Positions 1 to 12,266 of a stretch of 64,000 bases of DNA are shown here, piece after piece. Each line of letters begins with the position of its first letter. Position 1 is the first letter of the stretch. The stretch is from the human T2T-CHM13v2.0 reference genome, Homo sapiens. A program made the position numbers and the translations under genes. Where the stretch lies: the NCBI RefSeq assembly GCF_009914755.1, contig NC_060925.1; one strand, written 5' to 3'. The notes under the pieces were generated by a model. It was not told the DNA's origin, ran no database searches, and worked only from the letters and a program-made list of their open reading frames with translations.

Positions 1-832
1 GGTGGTGCTTCCAATAGCTTTATGGCAGTGCTTCCAATAGCTTTACGGCGGGACCACCGTAGTGAAGAGTATGTTAGAGGGGATGGAAGAGCGGAGCTAC
101 TGGGGAGGTAGTTACCATGATCAAGAGAAACAGAATAAACACCTGGGCTCCATCAGCGTCACCACAGATGCAAAGATATGCAGGCAGGCAAAATTGAAAG
201 ACCCCAAGTAGATACACTGAGGAGGAAGAGGGAAACAGGACAGTGACAGGGCTAAGGGAAGCTAGTTAGAATTGTGCTTACTGTTAAATGAAATGAACTC
301 TAATGTCTGAGATTCTCCGTAATTAGAAAACAACGACCCAGAGCCTGGACCAAAGGCTTGCAGCATTGATTCTGGCTTCCCTGAAGAGATTATACTCTAT
401 GGTTCCTTTGCTGTTGTTGCTGTTTTTATTACATTTTTTGTTTTTTGTTTTTAACTGTGTTTCAGATAGTTATGGTGTCGAGATAAGTGACCTCTTGATT
501 ATGTATTACAGTGACGTATGTATGTTGAATAAAAAGTGAGATATGTTACTTTCTATTGTAAACTCACAAAGGTCATGGATCAGGATGAGTTTTCTAGAGC
601 TCATTTTAGGTACTCAACAAACCATAAAAACGATCACATTTTCCCATAGAAGACTTTGTTAGAGGATAAAATACCACCATAATCTAAAGGATTTTCTCTT
701 CCAGGAAAAGCATCTAAATAAAATTAGAAAGATACAAAGGAAAGCATATTATATTATAATATCAGTTATAGCCTGAAAAATGAAAATATGATAATGGATA
801 CAATTCATTTATTTTTCAACAATTACTTATGA

Positions 833-1156
<324 letters not shown>

Positions 1157-1715
1157 TAAATATATTTTATAAGCAAAGCACAACATTAATTAAAATGATA
1201 ATTACCTTGATTTGCTAAAAAAAGACATTGTTATCTGAGAGGAGGAAAAAATTATTGAGGGAGGGATAAACTGTTTTATTAATAAGTCAAAAAGTATATG
1301 CAATCCAAATGTTGATTTCTGAAATAAAACAGACTAAATTTTAAAAACAAGAATTTCTATACATCAGCAATTCCAGTCATTGTTTACAACATAACATAGT
1401 GTCTTCACTTTCCAAATGAGATATTTGGGAAAATCTTAAAAAATATAAACAGTAAATTTATTTAAAGTAACAATTATGCCAGAGGACATTTGGAGGCAAA
1501 GGGATGCTGCTGGGAAATCAGACACTGACCATATTTTGAAATTCTAGAAAAACTAGGAATTCACCTGGGCACAAATTGAAGGTGAGGCTTTACTAGTGCA
1601 GAAATAATTGATTATACTTATCATCTGGGACACACTTTGCAAGAGTTATACTTTGGGGTAATTGGAAGTAGACACAAAGAATTAGGTAAACATTCCTGCA
1701 TTGCCATCTTTTTTT

Positions 1716-1880
1716 TAGCTGTGTCACCTTTGGCAAGTTATTTAATTTCTCTATGCCTCAGTTTCTCCACTTGTAAAATGGGCTGTAATTCATACTTACT
1801 TTCCAAGATCATGACTAACATTAGAAAGTGTGTTAAAAGCCCCCAGTGTGTGTGAACTCTTGCTCAATAGTAGCTCTTCT
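1716..1880 (+). mobile_element. MIR SINE fragment
   Basis: Core tagctgtgtcacctttggcaagttatttaatttctctatgcctcagtttctccacttgtaaaatggg. Confidence 0.7.
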
Positions 1881-3294
1881 AATTAAGTTGCAATTACTGT
1901 TTTAAGACCAGGTGCAATAATTAGAAAAATCATTTCGGTAATCCTCTCATAGTCTTTTGTTTTTACATGAATCATGAACACCGAAACTTTCCTAAGGATT
2001 TAAAAATATGGGAATGAAAAAAGTGCTTTAAAAATTAGTGTGCTTCAATATTTTATGTAAGAAAATATTAGAATGCTACACTTGTTAACTTGATCACATT
2101 ATTAATTAGAATTCAAATAAGCTTTAAATACCCATAAAACCTACAGTATAAAAATCTGACCAGTTCAGCATAATTAGTAGTAAATTATCTTACTTGTTGG
2201 GGCAAGATGAGGCAAATGCCATTTATTTTAACTTGCACTTAGGCATCTTTTTATGGAATTTTATGTGCAAAAGTAAATTTGTCATGTGTACGGGAAATGG
2301 AGCTAAAGAAAATGAGTCATTACAATCAAGGATGAGGAAGAAAATATTCAGGACATTGGCAAATATCGCTTGGCCACACTAAGCTAAGTTCTCTAAAGAG
2401 AATAAAGTTCTAATTGCCCAAGAGACTGCTTTTCTGCCTGGAAACATTTATTGCTTGGTCCACAAACTTCTTGTGATTTACATTCTTGATGAAAATATTT
2501 TATCATAGGATTGGATTTCTCTGACATCTATTTAAATTATTTTATATTCTCATGCTGGTTCAAATCCAGTTACCTACTTACCTAATATTTTGTGGTTATC
2601 AGAGTCATGCATATAGAAATATATCTAAGATTGATAATGAATTTTCCACCTTTACACAACAATCCCCTCCCAACACCATATTTGCTTTAGGGCTACAAAT
2701 TAATGTTGAGGCACTGAAAACACTATGTGACTGTAAATGAGGCAAAAATAAATCCCTTTTGTAAAAATAAAAGCCAATACATCTCAGAAAATAAATAGAA
2801 ATGAAGACATTGAGGTGATGAAAATTTTGAGACACAGTAAAAATAGATTGTAAGGCCATATATTAGCAATAAATTGGCTACTGTATGGCAATTCAGTATT
2901 CCCGCAAGGATCCCCAGTATATTTCTCTGTATATGTAGAATTATTCTGTCTTAAGAAAAGAGAATAGTTCTTCTTTTTATGACTCTGATCATTTTCAATA
3001 TGAAAATGATTCTGATCATCTTCAATCTAGGCAAATAGCAACAGAAAATTATCAGAAAATCTACAGCAATTCAGAAGAAAACAAAAACTATTTAGGTGAT
3101 GAAAACTGATTTGCATAAATGGACAGATGAAGAAAATGTTCATCAAGAAAAACATGTCTCCATTGATATTACCATTGCAGAGTAACGTTCTTCAAGATGT
3201 ACACTGCCAGGTGATGAAGGTGAACAGCACAATGTCTAGGCTACAGAGATACTTGTCTTTTGAGTAAGAAAGTTTACCTCTCTAAATTAAAAAA

Positions 3295-6200
3295 AAATAG
3301 ATTTAGGGAGTAAAAGTACTTTTTAAAAAAATGTAGACTTATTGTGTAGTGGTGAAGTCTGGGCTCTTAGTGCAACCATCACCTGAATGATATACATTGT
3401 ACCCAATGGGTAATTTCTCGCCCCTCACTCCCCTCCCAACTTCTCACATTTTGGTTTCCAATGTCTATAATGCCACTCTGTTTTTCCACGTGTAAAAGTT
3501 GTTTAGTTTCCACTTGCAAGTGAGAACATATGGTATTTGACTTTCCGTTTCTGAGTTATTTCACTTAAGATAATGGCCTCCAGTTCCATCCATGTTGCTG
3601 CAAAAGACATGATTTCATTCTTTTTTATGACTGTGTAGTATTCCATGGTGCATATATACCGTATTTTGTTTATCCAACCATCTATTGATGGCCACTGAGG
3701 TTAATTCCTTGACTTTGCTATTGGGAATAGTGCTGCAATAAGCATACAAGTGCATGGGTCTTTTTTAATACGATGATTTCTTTTCCTTTGAGTAGATTTT
3801 TAGAAGTGGGATTGCTGAATAAAATGGTAGTTCTATTTTTAGTTCTTTGCGAAATCTTCATACTGTTTTCCATAAAGATTGTACTAATTTACATTTTGAC
3901 CAACAGTATTTAAGTTTTTCCTTTTTTCTGTATCCTCACCAACAACTGTTGTTTTTTAATTTTTAATAATAGCCATTCTGACTGATGTAAAATGGTATCT
4001 CATTGTGGTTCTAATTTGCATTCCTCTGATGATTAGGGATGTTAATTTTTTTTAATGTTTATTGGCCATTTGTATGTCTTCTTTTGAAAAATGTTCATTT
4101 ATGTCCTTTTTCCTGGGCTTGTTTTTTTCTTTTTTTCTTTTCACATAGAGAGGGGAGCAAAGTTACATTTTTATTTTCCTCTCGTTTAGTTGTTTGAGCT
4201 CTTTGTAGATTTTGGATATAGGCTCTTTGTTGGATGCGTAGTTTGCAGATATTTTCTCCCATTCTTTGGGTAGTCTGTTTCCTCTATTGGTTGCTTCTTT
4301 GCTGTGCAGAGCTTTTTAGTTTAATTAAATCAAATTTCTCTGTTTTTGTTTTTGTTGCATTTGCTTTTGAGGTCTTAGTCATAAATTCTTTGCCTAGACC
4401 TTCATCCAGAAGAAGTTTCTTCTAGAATTTTTATAGTTTTAGGTCATAAATTTAAGCGTGTAATCTACCTTGAGTTGGTTTTTGTATGTGGTGTGAGATA
4501 AGGGTCCAGTTTTATTTATTTATTTATTTACTTATTTTTTGAGACGGAGTCTCGCTCATGCAGTGGCGCGATCTTGGCTCACTGCAAGTTCTGCCTCCCG
4601 GGTTCACACCATTCTCCTGCCTCAGCCTCCTGAGTAGCTGGGATTACAGGCACCAGCCACCACACCTGGCTAATTTTTTGTAATTTTAGTAGAGATGGGG
4701 TTTCACCATGTTAGCCAGGATGTTCTCTATCTCCTCACCTCGTGATCCACCCGCCTCGGCCTTCCAAAGTGCTGGGATTCAGTTTTATTCTTCTACCTAT
4801 GGCAATCCAATTTTCTCAGCCCCGTTTATTAAAAAGGGTATTCTTTCCCCAGTGTACATTTTTGACAACTTTGTTGACGATAAGTTGCTTGTAGGTATGT
4901 GGCTTTTTTTCTGGTTTCTCTATTCTGTTCCATTGATCTATGTGTCTATTTTAATACCAGTGCCATGCTGTTTTGCTTAGTATAGCCTTGTATAATTTGA
5001 AGTCACGTAATGTGATGCCTCAAGCTTTGCTCCTTTTGCTTTGGATTTCTTTGGCTATTTGGACTCTTTTGGTTCCATGTGAATTTTAGGATTTTTTTTT
5101 CTAATTCTGAAAAAAATGACATTGGTAATTTCATAGGAATTGTACTGAATCCGTAGATTACTTTGGGCATTATGGTCCTTTTAACAATATTGATTCTTTC
5201 AATCCATGAGCATGGAATGTTTTTCCATTTGTTTGTGTCATTTACAATTTCTTTCATCAGTGTTTTGTAGTTCTCCTTGTAAAGATCTTTCTTCTTGGTT
5301 AAATATATTTCTAGCTAGTTTATTTTTTGTAGCTATTGTAAATGGGATTGAGTTCTTGATTTAGTTCTCAGCTTGATTATTTTTGGTATATAGAAATGCT
5401 ACTGGTTTTTACACATTGGTTTTGTATCCTGAAACTTTACAGAAGTCATTTCTCAAATCTAGAAGTATTTCGGAATAGTTTTTAGAGTTTTCTAGGTAAA
5501 AGATCATGTCATCAGCAAACAGGGATAATTCAACCTCTTCTTTTCTGATTTGGATACTTTTTTTTTCTCCTGTCTGATTGCTTTAGATAGGACTCTCAGT
5601 ACAATGTTGAACAAGAGTGATGAAAGCAAACATCCTCATCTTCTTTCAGTTTTCATGGAGAACACTTTCAACTCTTCCCCATTTGGTATTATGTTGGCTG
5701 TGGGTTTGTCATATATGGCGTTTATTATGTTGAGGTATGGTCCTTCTATGCCTAGTTTGTTGAGTTTTAATCATAAAGAAATGAAAAATTTTACCAAATA
5801 CTTTTCTTAATCTATTAAGATGATCAAATGGTTTTTGTTTTTAATTCTGTTTATGTGGTGAATCACATTTTTGATTTGCATATGTTGAACCATACTTGTA
5901 TACCTGGAATAAAACTCGTTTGATCATGGCATATTATCTTTTTAATTTGCTGTTGGGTTAGATTTGCTAGTATTTTGTTGAGAACTTTTACATCTATGTT
6001 CATCAGGCATATTGGCCTGTAATTTTCTTTTTTTGTGTGTGTCCTTGCCTGGTTTTGGTATCAGGGTGATACTGGCTTTATAGTATGAGTTAAGGAGGAT
6101 TCCTTCCTCCTTGATTTTTTGAAAGAGTTTTAGTAGGAATGGCACCTGTTAGTCTTTGTACATCTGGTAGAATTTAACTGTGAATCTGTCTGTTTTAGGC

Positions 6201-8825
6201 TTCTTTTCATTGGGATATTTTTTATTATCAATTCAATCTCACTACTCATTATTGATTATTTCAGGATATCTATTAATATTTCTTTTTGGTTCAGTCTTGA
6301 GAGGTTTTATGTTTCCAGGAATTTATCTATTTCCTCTAGGTTTTCTAGTTTGTGTGCATTGAGATACTCATAGTAGTCTCTGATGATCTTTTGTATTTCT
6401 TGGTATGAGTTGTAATGTTTCCTTTATCATTTCTGATTGTGCTTATTTAAATATTTTCTCTTTTTTTCTTGGCTAATCTAGCTAGCAGTCTATTGATTTT
6501 GTTTATCTATTCAAAGAACTAATGTATCTCCCAGGAGCTCTCCGAGTTTCTTGTATCTGGATATCTAAATCTCTAGCAAAACCAAAAAAGTTTTCAATTA
6601 TTTCCTCAAATAGGTTTTTCAGGTTTTTCTCTTTTCCCTCAGGAATACTTGTGACTCATAGGTTTGTATGCTTTGCATAACCTCATATTTCTTGAAGGTT
6701 TTTTTATTGTTTAAAATTCTTTTTCATTTTTGTTTGACTGGGTTAATTTGAGAGACCTGTTTTCAAGCTCCGAAGTTTTTTATTCTGCTTGATCTGGTCT
6801 TTTGTTAAACTTTCAACTATATCTTGTAATTCCTTCAATAAATTTTTCACTTTTAGAAGTTCTGTTATTAAAAAATATGTATCTCTTTAGTAAATTTTTA
6901 TTCATATCCTGAATTGTTTTTCTGGTTTCTTTGTGTTGGTTTCCAACTTTTTTTTGGATCTCATTGAGCATCCTTATAATTCATATTTTAAATTCTGTAT
7001 TTGGCATTTCAGAATATTCATTTGATTAGGATCCATTGCTATAGAGCTAGTGTGATCTGTAGGGGTTGTTGTAACACCCTGTGTTTTCATATTGCCAGAA
7101 TTCTTACACTGGTTCTTTCTCATTTGTGGAATCTTTCATTTCTTACTTTTGAATTTACTTTCATTTGGATGGGACTTTTTTCCCCCTTGAGAGTGTGATT
7201 GTAATGTATATTGAGTAGGGTCATTTGGCTTTGCTTCTGGGTGCTTTCATGGGGCCAAGGATCTGTTTGAATTCCTTAGTTATAGATAGCCTTAGTGTGG
7301 TGGTTTTCCAAGATTCTGGTTGTAGTAGTGGTGTACTGGGCATGTGAGCAGGCTCACTGCCTCCTGCAGAGACAACGAGGCAGAGGTCTTTGTAGGCTTA
7401 CTTCGTTCCCCAGTGCCATGCACTTCTGTCAGCACTTATTGTATTGGGTCATGCAGTTCAACCTCTAGGCCAGTAGGTGGTGCTTGGGGGTAAAAGCTGG
7501 CTGAGCACTTGTAATTGTGCCAGCAGATGTTGTAATGGGCTCTGCAGGTTGACCTCTGGGGTTGTAGGTGGCACTTACAGGAGAGAAGCAGCTATGGCGG
7601 TGGCAATAGGATTTATGTTTGGCCTTTGTTCAAACCAGGAGAAGTATTCGGATGTCTCAGGCAATGGGTGGGCTGTCTGTCCGGTGTTCTACCACTAGGC
7701 AGATGGGAGGAGCAAAGCCAGATGGGGCTGTGTTGGGCAAGCCCGTGTCCAGGCTCCCTGTGACAGGCACAAGTGCTGGCTCCAACAGGGGTTAGGTGGC
7801 AGCTGTCTTGCAACTGGGACAATTTTTCAGGCTGGTGGAGGCACCTCTACCACGCGAAAGCACCTGCTGAGGAGAGGGGGGATTTGGGGGGAAAGGGACA
7901 GCTGGGATTCCACAGCTCACTAGTGGGTGGTAGCACCCATCCAGCTCTCACAGCCTAATCCAGCAGTTCTCCCACTAGCATTTGGCCACTGGCAGCAGGC
8001 CGCGACAGCCAGTCCTGTCCCAAGCAGTCTGCCGTTCAGATTGCAAAGCTTCCCCAGGCCCTGAGGTTCCCTGCCCAAGACAGAAGATGCACCCCATGGC
8101 ACACCCTTCCTGGATCAGTCTCACATAGGATGAGGTGCCCAGCTCCTGCACCGCGGCATGAACACATGCCACACTCTCTTCTTAATTCTGATGGTGGGAT
8201 CTCCTCCTCCACTCAAGATTAGATTGACAATATCATCCCTTGGCCCCTGGACAGCTTGAGTCCTGGAGTGGGGGGATGTAATCAGGCCAGTGAACTCGTC
8301 CTCAGGCCTCCTGGATTCAGGTGCTGGCTGAGATAGGGAAGGGCCAGCTGGTCCCAGATTTCCAGCAGAATACGCAGTCCTGGCAATGGTGGTTGCTGCA
8401 GCCTTGCCACCAGGAAAGGCAGGCCCCTTTCTACAGAACAGCCAGGCAAGCAGCTTTGTGGAAGGCAGGCAGGTGTTGATTGTGTGGGTTCACAGCAGTG
8501 GCAGGAGTATTTGTCCTTGGTGCATGTGAGAGTGCCCAGCATCTCTTCTCACTCCCTGGCCCAGCAGCCAGCAGGGGCAATAGCAGCCCTAGTACACATA
8601 CTGAGCCTTGGGGAATGGGCTCCTACAATGGCGCTGTGCTGCAGCTACCCAGTACTCAGAAGCCCGTGGGCTCCACCACGTGAGTTTGAGCAATGCCTCT
8701 GCACAATCTCCAGGCAGCTTTCTATGCCAGTCTGGAGGCAGGAGGGTCGATGGGCTCTCCTGTAGCGGCCGTGGAGAGAATGTGGAGCCCCATGGGTCTC
8801 TCACTTAGCCCTTCCCTGGGTCTGA
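3295..8825 (-). mobile_element. LINE-1, L1PB4-like, with 3'UTR, partial ORF2, internal deletion, ORF1 N-terminal part and GC-richer 5'UTR
   Basis: Antisense L1PB 3' end (gtggtgaagtctgggctcttagtgcaaccatcacc); ORF2 fragments in the ORF track (5003-5257 [17 protein letters not shown]; 5942-6145); jump from ORF2 to ORF1 at ~6520. Confidence 0.85.
4517..4779 (-). mobile_element. AluY-type, slightly 5'-truncated, inserted in L1
   Basis: gagacggagtctcgctc...actgcaagttctgcctcccgggttcacaccattctcc; TSD cagttttatt at 4507-4516 and 4780-4789; ~18-bp internal deletion near 4558. Confidence 0.9.
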
Positions 8826-9559
8826 GAGCTGCTGCCTTTTAAAATTTACTTAGATGATCTTGACCTCGAAATATATAATCAATGCTATTCTCTTCCATGC
8901 TCAAAAAGGCTTTCTTTTGTATACACTCCTTCCATATTAGGTAGGCACTGGAAATTAGGACAAAACTCTTGTTTCACATCTCTTTCGAGGAATATAAAGG
9001 CCTGTAATTGGATGAATGCAGCCCAGTATATACAGTGACTTGGATCAACTCTCACATGGGATTGAAGGGGAAGAAAACAAAGAAGATTGTGTATCTACTA
9101 CACACCAGGAAATAGAAAAGCAGGAAAATTGCCTCAATGTCTGAAACTGAAATTGGTATTATGGTGTGACTGACTCTATGACTGGCAGTGATTAATTTTA
9201 GAAAGAGATAGAAACAGGTAAATGTTCTTCATTAGACAAAGTATTCTATTTTTTATAATAGAACTTTCATCTGTAGTTATTCCTTCACTTTATTCTCCCT
9301 CAGAAATGGTGTCTTTGTAAGCAAGGATGGTAGCTTGTACATTCTTCCATTTGAAGACTTACAATGCTTTTGTGTAGTTCAAGAGTCATTCTTGTTGGAT
9401 TTGGGGCTAAATAAGAGTTAGACTCTGAGATTCTCCTGTATTCTTACATTTTTAAATTCAGAGATATAAGGTGAAGAACTAGTAGGATAGTGTTGTTCTT
9501 TTCTCTTCCTTTAAAATCAAATCTAGGGAATTGTTTTATTCCTATTATATTTATATTTT

Positions 9560-9947
9560 CCCAATTCTTCAAGGAATTGTAGCTCTGCATTGGTGTTTCT
9601 GCCTTTGAGAAAGCATATGCCTCTTCCGTCTTCAGCAGTCTTCACCAGTCAGACTTGCTAGAGATTCTGGGAGCCTCTCAAACATTTTCTTTGGGTGTGC
9701 ATACTCCATTCTTCTTTTTCTTTCCTGGGAGAGAAGTCTGAGGATTGTGTGTTTTTTCGCAATCCCACAAAGCTATTTGGGACACAGTAAAACTCCCACC
9801 TTTTTCTCTAGGGCAGTGTGATGAAACGATGGGACATTGAGTGCCAGACTTACTTCTTTTTCTTCCTCATCAAGGAGAAGCCTCAGGATTGTGAACCTTC
9901 TCTTCATTCTGTAACACCATGCAGGCTTCAGAGATTGGCTCACATCC

Positions 9948-9950
<3 letters not shown>
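9560..9950 (-). mobile_element. Probable old L1M 5'-region fragment
   Basis: accagtcagacttgctagagattctgggagcctctcaaac resembles antisense L1M 5' sequence. Confidence 0.4.
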
Positions 9951-9980
<30 letters not shown>

Positions 9981-10039
9981 CTGCAGGAGTGTACCGGAAC
10001 ACCAGGAAGCTGGGTGCAAAATCAAAGCAACTCTTCCCA

Positions 10040-10143
10040 TTTTATTTTTTAATTTTAATTTTGTAGAGATGAGGTTTCTCTATATTGCCCTGGCTGGTCT
10101 CAAGCTCCTGAGCTCAAGCAATCCTCCCACCTCCGCCTCCCAA
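10040..10143 (-). mobile_element. Alu left monomer / FLAM fragment
   Basis: tttgtagagatgaggtttctctatattgccctggctggtctcaagctcctgagctcaagcaatcctcccacc. Confidence 0.8.
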
Positions 10144-10789
10144 CGACTTCTCATTTTGAAGTTTTTGATGTAAGGACCCCATTAAGTGGAATTAAATAAA
10201 AACATATTTTAAGAAAAAGTAGAAGAGACAATGGTATAAAGGTTTAAGAAACACACACACACATATGGACATATTGAACTGCATTAGTATGTTTAAAAAA
10301 TGTATTTTGACCTATTTCAAACAAATCACACTCTGATAACTTTAGAGATTTCTAGGCCTAATTTCTGTGTCATTATAGCAATTGAAGATTCTAATATTCA
10401 CATAGCTGTTGTCATCTTGTCAAATCGGATTTTGTTTAAGAATGTCTGGGAAATTCTCGCTTCTGCACTTAGTAATAGGCCAACAATCAGGGAATCTTGG
10501 CTCAGAGGTTGAAATCTCAAGGGTTCAGAAAGAAAGTGGTAAAGAATTAAATATGAATAACATTATGTCTGATGCACCTTTCCTGGAAGGGTGATGGTGC
10601 AGAATCTTTGTTGTAAAATTTTAAAGGCTTTCTTAAGAGTTAAAAATTACTTTCTGTTCAACATGTTATGTTTTCTAAGTGAAAATTCAGTAGGTGCTAT
10701 CCGAACTTTTTTAACTGGACTACCTAGAACAAAATTGTTTATTTTACTACTTAGAAGGTGTAAAAGTGCTGAATCCTCAATTTTCAAAT

Positions 10790-11410
10790 TTGTTGATTTA
10801 CTAAATCAATATTTATTAAACATAAACTGTATAGAGAAGTACTGGTACAGACATTGCCTACATAGCAGTTAACAAAATGCACACAATCCCTGTCCTTGTG
10901 AATCTCACTTTCTAATGTGAGGGTAGTTGGAACAGATACTAATCAATATAAATACATAAAATATATGGCATGTTTATGTAACATAAAGCAAAGAAGGAGA
11001 ATAGGAAGTGCTGGGTGTGTGGTGAAGTGCTGGGTATGGATACATGGAGGGATGCTGGACATGGCCAGGCTAGAGTGGTCAAAGAGGCCCTCCCAAGAAG
11101 ATGATACTTGAGTAATACCTGAAGAAAGAAATAGAGTGAGCCATGTGATTGTTTGGGGGAAGAACATTCCAGGCAGAGAAAAAACAAGAGGTGGGATTGT
11201 GCATGGTAAGAGCAGTTTGGCTAGATAAATGTGAGCAAGGAGTAGAATGATAGGAGCCTGGTTTGGGGAATTCACATATGACATAGGACCTTGGATAACA
11301 CTGAAGGGGCCACAGCTTTTACCCAAGAAGCCCCTGGAAGTTTTGAATGGAGAAGCTACAGAATCTACTTTATAACATTAAAAAAAGATGACTGTGGATC
11401 CTGTGCTCAT
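10790..11410 (-). mobile_element. L2 LINE 3' portion
   Basis: Antisense L2 tail (caatatttattaa...catagcagttaacaaaa...ccctgtcctt) and gggaagaacattccaggcagag. Confidence 0.75.
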
Positions 11411-11664
11411 AAGAGAATATAATCTATAGTGAAGTCTCCTTGTCTAAACTCTATATGGTTATTAAGTTCTGTAAGTTTCAGGGAAGTTGGCAGCTGAGCA
11501 GTGGGCTTAGGGAAGACACAGATCCACCCATGTCATGTACTACTATGGATTCTTCTGAGTTCATGAGACATGAAATCAAAGATTCAGCTTAAGGTTATTG
11601 ACAGAGTTTGTCATGTACCTATTTGCCACTCAAAAGTTTCTTCCCATAAATCTTAGGTGAAAAC

Positions 11665-11905
11665 AGCACAACAAGAAGGGATGACAGGCTTTAGAATTAG
11701 ACGGAGCTGCCTATAATCTTTTTTCATTTACTAGCTATGGTATCTTTGTCAAATTATCTCACCTGTGGGAATGGAGAAAATATTGCCCCTCTCATGGAAC
11801 TGTTATAAGGATATGCACACACACACAAACACGCACCACACAAACGTATGCTATTGCCCAGCTAGTGACTGATACAAAGTAGGCAAGCAACAGACATTAA
11901 TTTCT
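11665..11905 (+). mobile_element. MIR (with internal CA repeat)
   Basis: caggctttagaattagac...tttactagctatggtatctttgtcaaatta...ctcatggaactgttataagg. Confidence 0.55.
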
Positions 11906-12092
11906 TTCCTTCTTTGTTGGCCTTTTGAAACTAATCACCCCTCTGCCTTTGGCAGATTTAATGATAACAGGTAACTTAAATGCCTGGATTTGGAATTTCT
12001 AAGATATATAATTCTAATTATAGATGACTTGGTTTATAAAGACAATTACCCTATGTGCTAGGTCTCTATAGAAGAATAGCTGAAACAAAAAG

Positions 12093-12266
12093 CAGTCTCT
12101 CTTGCCTGCCACCACGTAAGACAGGACTTTGCTCCTCTTTGCCTTCCACCATGATTGTGAGGCTTCCTTAGCCATGTGGAACTGTGAGTCAATTATACCT
12201 CTTTCCATGATAAATTACCCAGTCTCAGGTATGTCTTTATTAGGAGCATGAGCACAGACTAATACA
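12093..12266 (+). mobile_element. THE1C-like MaLR LTR, 3' half only
   Basis: ctctcttgcctgccaccacgtaagac...ccatgattgtgaggc...aaattacccagtctcaggtatgtctttatt...cagactaataca. Confidence 0.9.
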
